From the NCBI RefSeq assembly GCF_001194135.2, contig NC_068981.1:54897113-54961112 (forward strand): 64,000 nt of DNA. Reading direction: 5' to 3'. This document shows, piece by piece, positions 12,914 through 26,430 of the stretch. A program made the translations under genes and the position numbers. The notes beneath the pieces were generated by a model, which was not told the origin of the DNA, searched no databases, and saw nothing but the letters and a program-made list of their open reading frames with translations. This stretch comes from Octopus bimaculoides. Its lineage: Eukaryota. The number at the start of each line of letters is the position of its first letter. Position 1 is the stretch's first letter.

Positions 12914-13504
12914 TTGACGTTATCCAGGCTAAATCATTCCTGAATATGAGTGGTCTGAATAATAACAAATTGACAATCTGTGTACTAAATGTAAAGTATT
13001 TTTACCTAGCGTAGGGTGTTGTGCAAAAATGCATCCCACGATTCGACTACAACCAAGTAAAAAAGAAAAAGAAAATCAATTTACTAGAAGGCACATGAGA
13101 ACAAGCAGATTACTGCGACTGAGCTATACCAGACGTCCTGGTCTGGAAACCGAACGGTAAAGTTCGAATCTAGCGGTTTTAATTTCCCTCTAGACAATGA
13201 AGGCGATCACCACCCAGTACATAGATATTATGAATTATTCCACAAACTGAATGGAGGAAATTTTTTTTTTTACCGTAATTGATTTAAAAAACTACAACGC
13301 ATATTCACAGAGTAAATTGACATAAGAATAACAAAACTTGTGATGAATACGGCTTTCCAAAATTATCAAGTGGATAGAGCATGCCAGCATCTTGTTGACC
13401 AAATGTTATCTGTACTAAAACAGCGTGCAGAAAATATAGACGAGTCTACTGTCACCTGAACGACTGAAAATTTGAAAAACTAGGAATTAATATTCAAACC
13501 GTTA

Positions 13505-13590
13505 TAAAGAGGCGAGCTGGAAAAATCGTTGACACGCCGCGAAAAGTGCCTAGTGGCATCTCGTCTGTCTTCACGTTCCTAGTTCAAATA
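13505..13590 (+). mobile_element. SINE family B head fragment
   Basis: GAGGCGAGCTGG...CACGTTCCTAGTTCAAAT, ending at (TA)n and a gap. Confidence 0.7.
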
Positions 13591-14737
13591 ATATATATAT
13601 ATATANNNNNNNNNNNNNNNNNNNNNNNNNNNNNNNNNNNNNNNNNNNNNNNNNNNNNNNNNNNNNNNNNNNNNNNNNNNNNNNNNNNNNNNNNNNNNNN
13701 NNNNNNNNNNNNNNNNNNNNNNNNNNNNNNNNNNNNNNNNNNNNNNNNNNNNNNNNNNNNNNNNNNNNNNNNNNNNNNNNNNNNNNNNTATCCCATACGT
13801 GTGAATATTTATTCATTAATGTATAAATGTATTTCAAAGATGTTTATTTGCGTTATTTATGTCTAATCCCCTTAAATACTTGGAAAGAATATATTTTTTA
13901 AAATGTTAAAATTCAAAACTAACATCTCGGTGAAACTACAACAAAATGCTTTAACATAAAAAACAGCTAATAAAGCATGTAGTTTTACTTTTTCGTTTCC
14001 TTTTTTTCATCCCTTTTCATTCTTTTTATGGAAATACCAAACTTCAGTCAGACATGACTTAAGAAGACAGATGAGGTGATATGCTTTTCTGAAATATCTA
14101 AAACAAATAAAAAGCATTGCTACTCTTATGTCTGTCTTCAACCTATCAACCTGACATAGACTTCTAGATATTTACCGGTTTTTCTGCCGTGTCTGGTGCA
14201 GTTGCTATTGTTGCTGTTTAGCCCCAGGTAAAGCTTGATCAAGTAAACAATATCAAAAGTATTGCAGACTCTTTTTTTTATGCATCTCTGACTATGTTAT
14301 TAAATGTCACTCTTCTTTTTAAGACAGTAAATCTCTGATATGATGAAGAATCAGCTACTGTTTCTAACAAGACGCATAAGGGTCTCCTATGTTCAGCATC
14401 TTGTAACACGCAGGACTGGGAATTTTATTGGGAGAGTAAAGCGAGGATTTTGTGTTTGCGTTTCAGTGTTTGTTCATGTATTTCTTTGCATGTTTCGCTG
14501 TGTGTGTTTTTACACATGCACACATATGATCTTGTGTCTGTCCGAATATATGCACATAAGTGCAAGTATGTATATTGATATGGTGGCACTGTATCTCACA
14601 ACTATTTTTCATTTAGTATCAAATCCTCAAGATCAGTTATCAGTTATACCAGCACAAGTTCGGTCGTACTTTTAAAATTTTGCTTTTCGACCGCGTGGTT
14701 TCAGGTCCCGGTCCCACTGTAGGATATCTCAGTCAAG

Positions 14738-14769
<32 letters not shown>

Positions 14770-15038
14770 TATATATANNNNNNNNNNNNNNNNNNNNNNN
14801 NNNNNNNNNNNNNNNNNNNNNNNNNNNNNNNNNNNNNNNNNNNNNNNNNNNNNNNNNNNNNNNNNNNNNNNNNNNNNNNNNNNNNNNNNNNNNNNNNNNN
14901 NNNNNNNNNNNNNNNNNNNNNNNNNNNNNNNNNNNNNNNNNNNNNNNNNNNNNNNNNNNNNNNNNNNNNNNNNNNNNNNNNNNNNNNNNNNNNNNNNNNN
15001 NNNNNNNNNNNNNNNNNNNNNNNNNNNNNNNNNNNNNN

Positions 15039-15082
<44 letters not shown>

Positions 15083-15834
15083 AAATACCTTGTCTGTGTG
15101 TGTGTGTGTATGTCTTCAATGAACACTCAAACCTCTGGATCAATTTGTACCATACTTGGGGTACATGAATAATTTCACCTTGGAAAGAATAATATGGTCT
15201 TGATTTATTATTTTTTTGTATCGAAAATAAATAATATTGCTTTATGTATAAAGATTCACTTCAAATCGTTTTCTCAGCTTCCTGTCTTTGGCGTCCTAAC
15301 CAGCTATTGACACACACGCGTATGTATACATCATTACAGTTGTGACGATTTCTGATAAAAAAAAGAACTTCTAAAGGTACTTTCATGTCAGAAAAAAATT
15401 CATACGGAGATAGACGCCTTTTTTTCAATTAATTAAATGAGGTATTGTATATTATACATTGATTTTACAATATATATTTCGGACATTTTTGGAACAAGTC
15501 GCCTTATTAAGACTTGATATTTCGCGTTTAAATCCCATGTGATTATTCTTGGCGCAAATCAACTTAACACTTTTACTTAACTGTTTTGTCAATGTCAACA
15601 TAGTAACTAAAGAACCAGCTATTTACCCCCACACGTATATATACATCATTACAATTGTAACGATTTCAGGTAAAAAAGAATTTCTAAAGTTACTTTCATT
15701 TTTTTATATTCTCCCTCGGCTTTCTATTTGTGTAAGATATATATCTATATGAGTGTGTGTGTGTGTGAGAAGAAAAAAATTCATAACAGAGATTTCATTT
15801 AATTGATCAATTGTCAACAGGGCATAACTACAGA

Positions 15835-17011
15835 TTTCTGCTTCCCGCTTCGACTTTGGAAGATCATAACTTTCAGAAAAATGGATATTTTATAACTAAA
15901 TTTTCTGATTATGTATCATATCATGTAGATTTCGAATAGATAATTTTTTGGTGGGGGGATGTTTTAGGAGGGGGTGGGGAGGATTTTCGGAAAATTCACT
16001 GGAGTCCACTTCAATTCGCTTAACTTTCAGGAAAATGGATATTTTAAAATGAAATTATCTACAAATATACCTCGGACTATATAGATTCCGAGCATACAGG
16101 AATTTGGGAGAAAAACAACTGGGGGTTATTTTTGAGAACTGTTCCCCACTCGGGGGTGTTTCGGAACAAGTCGTTCATATTTGTTACATTTTCTCTGTTT
16201 TGTGCGTTCGTGCATCCGTAGATTTCTATTGAAGCAACAGGCAATGAAGGCAAAGGAAGCCCTCGCCAGAAAACTAATACTAAAAATAACAGCTAAATGT
16301 CTGGTACACAGATATATATTATTAAGACGACTTATCTGTTGCATACGATTTTTTCACTTTAAGTAAATTCCCAGGTAAACGGTTCTAATAGAAAGGCAGA
16401 AGACACAAGAAGCAAAAATAAGGAATATACATGCACGGTTAAATATAGAAGTGTAAAGTATAATTTGTTACATAATCTCTGTATTAAACATGATATTGAA
16501 TGGAATAATTTTTCCGTTTGAACATTTTTCATTATATATATATATGTGTGTGAGGACACTGAGAATAAGCATACCACCACTTTGTGCTTTTTTTTTCCAA
16601 CGGATTCCGAATATGCATAATAAAAATCTACTTTTAGACTTTTTAATACATCCCTCTCCTTAACTTTTCAATTTTTTCCCGAAATTTTACGACTAGGGTT
16701 AAGGGTTACATACGGATGCACAAACGCACAAAACGGAGAAACTGAAACAAATATGGACGTCTACATAGTCCGAGCTATATTTGTAGGCAATTTCATTTAA
16801 AAATATCCATTTTCCTGAAAGTTAAGACGAACTGAAGTGAACTCCAGTAAATTTTCCGAAAATCCTCCCCACCCACTCCTAAATTACTTTCTTCCAAACA
16901 TTTTGTATATTTGAAATCTACATGATATATCACATATTCGTAGAAAATTTCATTAGAAAACATCCATTTTTCTGAAAGTTATGATCCTCCAAAGGAAGGG
17001 GGGACACAGAA
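15835..17011. mobile_element. Foldback/MITE-like element with about 257-bp inverted arms
   Basis: 15835-16092 is the diverged reverse complement of 16755-17011 (e.g. GATCATAACTTTCAGAAAAATGGAT / ATCCATTTTTCTGAAAGTTATGATC). Confidence 0.8.
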
Positions 17012-18204
17012 AGCTCGTGCTCTGATGGTACCAACTGTCAATGATCTCATAATGCATGTGCTCCCAAACATTGCACAAAACTTTAGCAACAGTCCATGGC
17101 TCTATGAGCGAGCCATCTTAGCTCTACGTAATGATGCTGTCAACAAAATTAACTGGGATCTCCTGCAGCTGTAGCCCGGGCAAGAACAGTCTTTCAAATC
17201 CCTCGATACTGTCAATGATCAGAACCATGCTGTAGTTTTTCCAACTGAGTTCCTGAACTCTCTACAGCCACCTGGGAGGCTACCTCACCACTTAACACTT
17301 AAAAAGGGGGCCCCAATCATGCTGCTCAGGAATCTGGATCCACTTCGCTTGTGCAATAGCACCAGACTGGTGGTGAAAGCGAGGGGAACCCAGGTCTTAG
17401 AGGCAACAATTATGACCGGGAACTATAAGGGTGAGAATATCTTCATTCCACGGATCCCGTCAATACCATATGACCTCCCTTTTGAATTTAAATGGTTCCA
17501 GTTCCCAGTGGAACTAAGTTTCACTATGTCACTAAACAAACCTCAAGGACAGTCACTCAAGGTTGTTGGACTTCACCTTGCTTCTCTCATGGGCAATTAT
17601 ATGTAGGATGTTCGTGAGTTGGAAGTCCCCAAAATCTTTTCATTTATATACCAATTAAAAGACACATTCAAAACATCGTATATTTAGAAGATCTAGGTAA
17701 TTAAACTGTGATTGATTTCCGGACTTCTTTCAATACATTTGTTTATACTCACGTCATTTGATAGAATTTTTGTTAAATGTACTTATTAACAGGAGGGATG
17801 CGCCCACAGACCGGTTCTTCTCAAATTTATGCATTTTCAGGTTCAACGTGTTTCAAATAATTACTGAAAATTGAAGTTGATTGCAAAGACAAGAAACTAC
17901 CTGTTTTTTTTTTTTAACAATTTTAACAGTAAGAGCATCACATAAAACATGTTATTGACATTAATAGTTTGTACCTCAGCTAATTATTGTTGAGAACTGC
18001 ATAATCCATGTTTCATTTTACTCAGAGATTTAAAAGGCATACTTAAATTTCCTTATTTTCAATAACCTGGGAAACGCCGGGTTATTAACGTATAAAGTTG
18101 GTATCTCAGCTACTAGGATGTAGTCAATATTTCATGTTAGAGATCTAAAAGGCATTTTTAAATTTCATTATTTTCTTTAACCCGGGCAAACCGGGTATTT
18201 CTAG
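17012..18204 (+). mobile_element. Helitron 3' fragment: PIF1-like helicase C-terminus plus terminal hairpin and CTAG
   Basis: WLYERAILALRND, FPTEFLNSLQPP, MLLRNLDPLRLCNSTRLVV, QFPVELSFTMSLNKPQGQSL, with stops and frameshifts. Hairpin ACCCGG-GCAAA-CCGGGT at 18180-18196, then CTAG|T at 18201-18205. Confidence 0.92.
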
Positions 18205-18389
18205 TAGTACACACACACACACACACACACACATATACTACTACTATGGGCTCTCATCTCTTTGATGGAGTCTCTCTCTTTCTCTTTCTCACGTGACATA
18301 CGGCGTGTACTTAGCATGTTTAAATCTGACGGAGCCTATCCTTCCACTGGTTTGATTTCTTCAGGAAAATAGGCAGACAGAAGGAGAGG

Positions 18390-18500
18390 AATCGACCCTG
18401 GTATAGGAAAAGTACTTCATTTATCGATCCTGAAAGAATGAAAGGCAAAGTTGACGTCGGCGTGAGTGTAGAAAACCATAACGATTATCGCAAAGCGATC
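18390..18500 (-). mobile_element. SINE family B core fragment
   Basis: TTTATCGATCCTGAAAGAATGAAAGGCAAAGTTGAC. Confidence 0.7.
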
Positions 18501-18632
18501 TATCCTCCGTTCTAAAGAGGCTACCAAATGCTTGCAGTTCAGTGACGGAGACAGTTTCTGTTTATCACATTCAAGTTACATGATATTGGCCAACTTAAGG
18601 CTACATTGAAGACATTATATGCGTTGACATCT

Positions 18633-18734
<102 letters not shown>

Positions 18735-18798
18735 ACGTCAACAACATATAATTCTCGCTGCTAACAGCAAAGTTTCTAAAACACATAATGAAATTCGG

Positions 18799-18868
18799 AG
18801 GATTGCTTTGATCCAATGGTAGAACGCTTGTCTACAGGAGATGTGGGTTCAAGTCCCAAAGGGCAGCC
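18799..18868 (+). pseudogene. tRNA-like pseudogene or SINE head lacking the anticodon loop
   Basis: Imperfect acceptor GG(A)TTGCT/GGCAGCC, D loop AATGGTA, stem CTTGT/ACAGG closing only CT, T arm TGGG-TTCAAGT-CCCA. Confidence 0.5.
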
Positions 18869-19229
18869 ATCTTTTTCTATCCAAAAAGGCTTTTCAACTC
18901 AATATTTACATTTTTATTATTTATAGCTTTATGCGCTGCAAGATCCACTGTTATACATAATGTTTGTGTTTTCAGGTATCACCCACGCTATCAGAAGATG
19001 TTATATGTCACTAGTTACAATGCGCTTCGTGTTGTTTTAGCTTTCGAATGACGCCACCACATTAGCTAGGCGATCAGACCAGTTTTCAGATATTCCTACC
19101 AAAATATCCTTTCACCCAACCACGCAGTCCGTCATACACACCCTCATACCAATATTCTATTACTTTCCCATAAATACAAATCAACATAAGGCAAATTAGT
19201 TTGACAATTAGCAGTTGTAAGTATATATA

Positions 19230-20445
19230 CAGATACGCAAGAAGTAAATAGACACCTTTAATTTTCAAAATCTTTTATTTAATACGCAAAGCGAACAATC
19301 GAAATGTAATCGATAGGTAGGACTACATACTTTAGTATTTAGTTGAAATTCCCTTTGAATTGATGAGCTTTGTGATTGTCTCTTGTGGAATTTCTGCCCA
19401 CTTTTCACGCAACAATTGAAACAATTCATCTTTAGATTTAGGTTTCTGTCGAGTTTTTCGTATAGCTCTATCTAGTATTTTCCAAAGATTTTCAATTGAG
19501 TTCATGTCAGGAGATTGGCTCGGCCAAGGAAGCTTTTTGATCCCATTTTTAGTCAGCCATTGTTGATTCATTCTCGCTGTGTGACATGGGGCCCCATCTT
19601 CCATGAATAAAAACTAATTTTTCGTTACGTTATCGTGTGGATACATCAGAAGTAGTCCTTGCTTAAGTATTACGATGTATTTTTCAGAGTTTATGGTTTC
19701 AACACATTCGATCAGCTCAGAAGGACTATTGCTGGTGGCAGCTCCCCATACCATTACAGAGATACCGCAATGTTTCACAGGTTGTTGGAGTCGTTTCAAA
19801 TCAAATTCTTGATTGGGAAGCCTCCAGACCCAAACACGTCCACTGTCTGAAAATAATGCAAATCTGAATTCATCAGAGAAAATCACTCTATCCCAATATG
19901 AACTGGATTTTTCTGACATCTCTTTAGCTCATTTCTTTCTTTTCATGATATTAATTGGTTGAAGGAGAGGTTTTCTTCTAGCTGCTCGTCCATAATACTC
20001 AAGCTTATGCAGATATGTAACACACGTTCTTGGACTAACTTCTAGCTGTTTTGCAATGTCAGAAGCCTTCGAATGGGGTTCGTTTTCCACAATTCTCTTC
20101 AAACAGCGAAGCTTCCTTTCTGAGGGCTCAGGTCGGCCGGGACGAGAATCTATTGATTCTTTTCTTTGGCTTTTGAATTGCACTATAATTCTATTAGCAG
20201 TAGCAAGAGGAATTTGAAGATTTTCGGCAATTTTTCGCTGGCTAAGCCCAGCCTCAGATTGCCCAACAATATGACCTCTTTGAAAATCTGAGAGTTCTGC
20301 TGAATTTTTGGTGCGTGGCATGGTTACTCTTCGCAGATGAAAAAGAATAATTACATTGTAAATTCTACACCGCTGAAAACATATTAAGACGCTTAGATCA
20401 GAAATTTTGAAAATTAAAGGTGTCTATTTACTTCCTGCATGTCTA
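19230..20445 (-). mobile_element. Tc1-like transposon, near full length, transposase disrupted
   Basis: About 40-bp TIRs (CAGATACGCAAGAAGTAAATAGACACCTTTAATTTTCAAAAT) after TA. ORF pieces 19929-20321 (HTH), 19614-19919 (VIFSDE) and 19332-19604 (DGAPCH...SPDMNSIE, 34 residues between D and E). Confidence 0.95.
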
Positions 20446-20699
20446 TGTACATATGCTTCCTCATTTCGTACTTCCTCATCGAGCGTTTTCACTGCATTCG
20501 TTAGAATATTCAGGTACGCTTCAATAGAATGAAGAGATGGAACCGATAGTCACTGAACGAAATTGAACTTATTACTCTAATTAAATTTCATTCTAAAGTA
20601 TTGGATGTATTTATAAACCATATATATTTACACACCTCTCTACTCTTTCATTCCAGTTATTGGACTGCGGCCATGCTAAGGCAACATCTTGAAAAGTTT

Positions 20700-20860
20700 G
20701 GCCAATCAAATCAATCTCGACTCCAGTATTTACTTATTGACACTAGAAGGCTGAATGTCTAAGTTAGCCTCAACGGAATTTGAACTCAAAGTGCAGAGTT
20801 CCCGAACAAATACCGCAGCAATTTTATCCGATTTTCTGATAACTTTGCCGCTTAATCGAA
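20700..20860 (-). mobile_element. SINE family B, highly diverged
   Basis: CAACGGAATTTGAACTCAAAG motif. Confidence 0.55.
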
Positions 20861-21470
20861 TTTCCATTCTTTCGGAAGCCATGAAATAACGTACAAATCA
20901 AATACTGAAATTGGTGTAATTGCCTATACCCCTCCCCCAATATGTGGTCTTCTGGTATTTCTATCAAATAATCAGCAAAATCTAACAACCGTACATCGTT
21001 GAACTAAAGGAAAACTTTTCATTACTTAGTTTTGTAACAGCTGAAGACAACTTTGTTTTCTTCCTTCTGCGGCCAGTACTGAGGATTGATGAACTACACT
21101 AAACTCTCCACAAAAGTTATGACATGATTAATGCTAAAATTTAACATTTCGTTTTCATCTATTTTTACGAGGATCGGTTCCCTCTTTCATCTTCTCAGAT
21201 CGATAAAATATTGATTTCTAGATTAATCATAAGAACACGCATTTTAATGGTGGGAATAATCGATTATATCAATCTAGTACTTGTCTGGAACTTATTTAAT
21301 CGGTTTCGGAATGATAAAATGCAGCGAGTGGTACTAGTCCTTGATCGATTCAGTCGACTCGTTCCTCACCTTTCTGAGCAAATTTTCGCTTGTATGTTTT
21401 TATGTCATACCAATAAGAAATTCTACAATGATTTCATAAATAACATCATGTCTATTTCATATCTTTTTAC

Positions 21471-21751
21471 TTCGTAAAGGATCACTGAGATGCCGAAAAT
21501 TCTGTTCGTTTGACAAATTTTTCTTTATCACCTCACTATTCACTTCCAACGTTTCAAGAGTATCATTTTTTCCATAACTTTCTGTTACCCACTGGATGCA
21601 ATTCCAGTGTTTAAACATGATCTGCAAAACAGTAATTTTGGGTGGTCCCCAAAACGTCTCCATAATGTCGGCTGGGTGTTCGACTGAAACATTGCGCATC
21701 GTATTTAATATTCGTTGCAGATGTTTTTGAAACTTTAGAGAACATATTACG
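21471..21751 (-). CDS. Probable host-gene exon, 281 nt, product unknown
   Basis: Acceptor GTGTTCACTACAG, 93 open codons (VICSLKFQKHLQRILNTMRNVSVEHPADIMETFWGPPK...HLSDPLR), donor GTAAAA. No repeat or TE motif recognised. Confidence 0.55.
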
Positions 21752-22417
21752 CTGTAGTGAACACACGGCAGAAACAAATATACATTAGCTTACAGCCGTA
21801 TACATACATTTGTACACAACTATACGGATATATATATGCATGTTATTGACCTCTGGCATCCATACACTCCCATATAAACAAATCAAGTGCAGCTGTACGT
21901 ATATATACATTCATCTGTTTACAGCTATCCGCATATAACTATAAACGATCTAACATCATCACTACATACGCACACAACGGCTCCCACATATCTATATACA
22001 CAACTTCATCTATGTGGTATATATTACATAAGGCGTGCATGAATCTGCAATATAATATCTACACATCATGTAAGAATAAACACGAGAGAAATTGCAATGG
22101 AAATTACTTCGCAGTCTACTGCGAAGTAATTTGCATGGCCATTCCTTCATATTCAGAATGAAAAAAAGAACAAACAAACAAACAAAAAAAATGTTGCTTA
22201 ATAAGTGAATATCCTATAGCGAACAAAAACAAGAAAAATAATACTACTGCTGCGATATAAAGAACGTCTGTATACCGGAGATAAAGTCATTACACCCGGG
22301 AAGTACGTTAATAAAGTAGTACCTATTTCAAATAAACAGAAGACATTGGATCTAAGAGATAAATGTAAGTCATTAGTAATCAAAGATACGTTTGTATGTA
22401 TTTCTGTTTGTCTGTAC

Positions 22418-22473
<56 letters not shown>

Positions 22474-23082
22474 NNNNNNNNNNNNNNNNNNNNNNNNNNN
22501 NNNNNNNNNNNNNNNNNNNNNNNNNNNNNNNNNNNNNNNNNNNNNNNNNNNNNNNNNNNNNNNNNNNNNNNNNNNNNNNNNNNNNNNNNNNNNNNNNNNN
22601 NNNNNNNNNNNNNNNNNNNNNNNNNNNNNNNNNNNNNNNNNNNNNNNNNNNNNNNNNNNNNNNNNNNNNNNNNNNNNNNNNNNNNNNNNNNNNNNNNNNN
22701 NNNNNNNNNNNNNNNNNNNNNNNNNNNNNNNNNNNNNNNNNNNNNNNNNNNNNNNNNNNNNNNNNNNNNNNNNNNNNNNNNNNNNNNNNNNNNNNNNNNN
22801 NNNNNNNNNNNNNNNNNNNNNNNNNNNNNNNNNNNNNNNNNNNNNNNNNNNNNNNNNNNNNNNNNNNNNNNNNNNNNNNNNNNNNNNNNNNNNNNNNNNN
22901 NNNNNNNNNNNNNNNNNNNNNNNNNNNNNNNNNNNNNNNNNNNNNNNNNNNNNNNNNNNNNNNNNNNNNNNNNNNNNNNNNNNNNNNNNGTTGTTATTAT
23001 TTGTATATTCTCCCATATATATATATATATATACATACACATATATAAACGTTATGTAAATATATCTATATGTGTGTGCGTG

Positions 23083-23148
<66 letters not shown>

Positions 23149-23788
23149 CGTGAAAGTCTGTACGAGGATATATATGTATGATGATGAAACGGAAGATTAA
23201 TTTTGCTGAAGTTTAAGTTTTAAATCTTAAAATTAAGAGGGTGGTTGTCTGTCAACTAGCAGATCACAATGTCAGATATATTTGAATAGTCCCAATCAAA
23301 GTGAAACCAATGTCAAACTGTTCTTTCATTTCTTGTTTCAAGCCTATGATTATTGCCCATCTTTCTTAATAAACATATCTATTTTCATTTGCCTACGAGC
23401 AAAGTGCTTTTGTTCAAGTTAGTTGTCTACTATTATTCATTGCACAATACTGCTCTATTTTATTGCATATACTGTTGTAAAGTAATAATTAAAACATATG
23501 CATCGTAACACAACGTCCAATCAACGCTTTTGTTCCAGTATCCAACAAACTCACTAATTACTCCAACTAATAATCGTTATGAAACCTATTCAAACTTAAA
23601 CTCTCAAATACTAACAGTACCATATGATGAAACAATACATGTTAATTAGTGAAGAAGCGCATTCCATATCATATCATTTTTGTTCATTTAAGGACCAGAA
23701 ACTGCATGGGGTTGGGGAATAGTCGATTATATCGGTCCAAACACTTTAGCCTTATTTTATTGATTTCCGAAGTATGAAATGATCGGTA

Positions 23789-24659
23789 CAGTTTGGCTCA
23801 CAGCTCTTTCAATTATTATTTTTTTTTTACTAAACAGTTTGAAACTTCGTATACTGGTGGAATGTCTCTCGCAGAACACGGTTTACTTTGGACATTTTTG
23901 ACAAAATTTGGTATTTTAGAAGTTATTTCGCGTTAAAGTAGTATTTGGGTAATTTCAAACAATCAACGACGTGTATTCAGTTGAAGGAAGCTATTGCTGT
24001 TTACGATAGTAATCGAAGTGGAACAACTTCCGGGATATCTCTACTAAATGTCACCACTCTGTTCTATTCGCATGTCGAGCGAAGACGATGCCACATTTAT
24101 CCTTTCTTCCTTTCTAGTCAGCACCTTGCATTCCTTACTCTTTCCATCCCTTCTACACTATCAACTAGCAACCAGCGAGCGAACTTGTAACTGTCACTAA
24201 AATTACCGTATTTTCCAGTGTATAAGTCGTTATTTGTTTTGTTTTACCTTCATGTTTTTATAACGTTATTTTTATCAAATAAAGACTTTTATATTGACGA
24301 AATGTGTTTGTTGTTGATTATAGTAAGATAAAATCATGACAATAACAATACATCTCAGAGTTGTAAAATAAGGCATTTTGAAACTACATATACGTCAACA
24401 ACAAAAAAGCTAGCTGCGGACTCGTAGTTCTATAGGTCTTTTAAACACCGGTGCGCTTTATGGGTGGATAAAACCCCGATGTGGAGCAAACAAATAAATA
24501 TATGTAAATAATATTTCTTCTTTCTTGGTGTTGATTCTTCGATGTTTACTGGTTACTCAAAAATGTTCAAAGTAAACCGTGTTCTGCACGTGACATTCCA
24601 CCAGTATTCGAAGTTTCAAACTGTTTAGTTAAAAAATTTTTAATCTGTGAGCCAAACTG
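23789..24659. mobile_element. Non-autonomous DNA transposon (MITE) with about 110-bp TIRs
   Basis: CAGTTTGGCTCACAG...GGTTTACTTTGGACATTTTTG (23789 to about 23900) inverted at about 24560-24659; left end follows TA; no transposase. Confidence 0.85.
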
Positions 24660-24759
24660 AAGAGATCCGTATGAAATGCAAGTAGACCTTGACGAGATTT
24701 GAACGCAGGACATAAAAACCCAGAACCAATATCTTGCTCTTACACTCCACCTATATTGA

Positions 24760-25720
24760 CAAGGCCTTGTCCATTGCTACTCTTAGCTATCTGCTCATTT
24801 ACTATCCACTTTGACCCAATTGTCACACATGCTACAATACTCAATTTGAAACCCAACCATTACCTAACAATCTCTGTTTCTGAACTTATCAAATCATCTG
24901 ATTGTTTTCTAATCGATGACATAGATCTAACTTCCTCCTCCTGCACAACATAAGTCCACCGAAGTCTGTGGTACTTCATTCAGTTAACTTGCAGGAGCAC
25001 ACTATCTCTAGTAGCAAATGTATTTCACCTGATCCATTGAGGACGTAGCCATCCTGCTAAGCATATCCTTTTATATTCCTCAAACATTTGAAGCCCAAAA
25101 CTTCAAAACTCTCACATAGTTCTTCAGCTGCGATGCAGCTAGCTGTACGAGCAAAGAAGACAGTATAAAATATCTCGAGGAAATCACCCATCGTTAGTGA
25201 TTTAGAGGCTCCTACCCACCACAACAACATTTTCAAGTCTATTATTAAAAAAAAATGTTGCATTGCACGCCCTGGCAGCTTTACCACCTAAAAAATTACC
25301 GCAAGCGTTCTGGTCTTATGTTAATGCTGTTGCTATCAGCTTTTAGAATGCTCGTATTCACCACTCCTCAGTACATTTTTTAGTTCTAGCCGCTGAACAA
25401 ATCTTCACAATCTTAAAACATTTGCCTCTTACTCGGCAGTGCACAGACACAAGTAAGTTTTTCGAAAACTTCTCTTTTCCATGCCCAATTAACTTGTCTA
25501 GATGACATTCATTCCTGCATTACCAAACGGAGTGTTTCTTCTGCCTACTTTAACCTCTCTAATGTCTTGTCGCTGTCATCCTTTTGAATATCTAAACGAT
25601 GATGTAAACTGTTAATAATTTCATTCACACACTGCATCTCCTTATATTTTTCTCCCTCTTCTGTGGCCCCCAGTTATAGCTTCTATAGAGATGTGCTCTT
25701 TTATGTCAGCCACTATGTTA
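24760..25720 (-). mobile_element. Decayed RTE-like LINE reverse transcriptase fragment
   Basis: Broken frames give EEW*IRAF, CAGGGS and GFKLSIVACV, resembling RTE RT segments. Confidence 0.5.
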
Positions 25721-25799
25721 TAATTTTGTATTCCCGAACAACAATATCAAGTCTGTTGTGCTTTTATTTGGCTGCAATTTTTATTTTGGGGTTTACTTA

Positions 25800-26135
25800 A
25801 TATTGCTCTGATCCAATGGTCTCAATGCGTTCATCTTTGATGTTTGTTCTTTTTTTCCTCTTATTTCAGTCTAGATTACTCCAGCTAACATATCATAACT
25901 CTTTTTTAATGTCAATGACATTAGGTTTTACTGGAACATTCCATCAGTATTCTTTCATAGATGAGTATATTCTCTATATCATTATAGGCTTTTACATTTT
26001 CATATTCAGGGTTATCGTTTCTACGAGTTGTATAGTTTTGGCTACTATGTCGTGCCTTACAAATATATAATATCGTGATGATATTTTTGGGCAGCTGTTT
26101 ATAATAGGGCTCAGATCTCCAGTGTTAATTCCACA
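25800..26135 (-). mobile_element. R4/Dong-like LINE fragment (Zn knuckle / RLE region)
   Basis: SCPKISSRYYIFVRHDIVAKT and EY*WNVPVK, similar to 50580-51000. Confidence 0.7.
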
Positions 26136-26147
26136 TTCTGCATTGTT

Positions 26148-26286
26148 CGTGGCTGAGTGGTAAGACGCTTGTTTCCCAACCACATGGTTCCGGATTCAAC
26201 TCACCGAGTGGCACTTTTGGCAAGTGCCTTCTGCTATAGCTTCGGACCAGAGTGGATTTGGTAGATGAAAACTGTATGTGTGCGTG

Positions 26287-26323
<37 letters not shown>

Positions 26324-26430
26324 TTGTAGTGTCTTCGCTTGTCCTCCACCATTGATTGACAACTGGTGTTCTACAAGGTGGTGCCCCGGCGTGGCTGTAG
26401 CCTAATGTCTGAAATAAGTGAAAGATAAAC
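26148..26430 (+). mobile_element. SINE family A, diverged
   Basis: GTGGCTGAGTGGTAAG...CCAACCACATGGTTCCGG head, (TG)n, tail. Confidence 0.8.
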
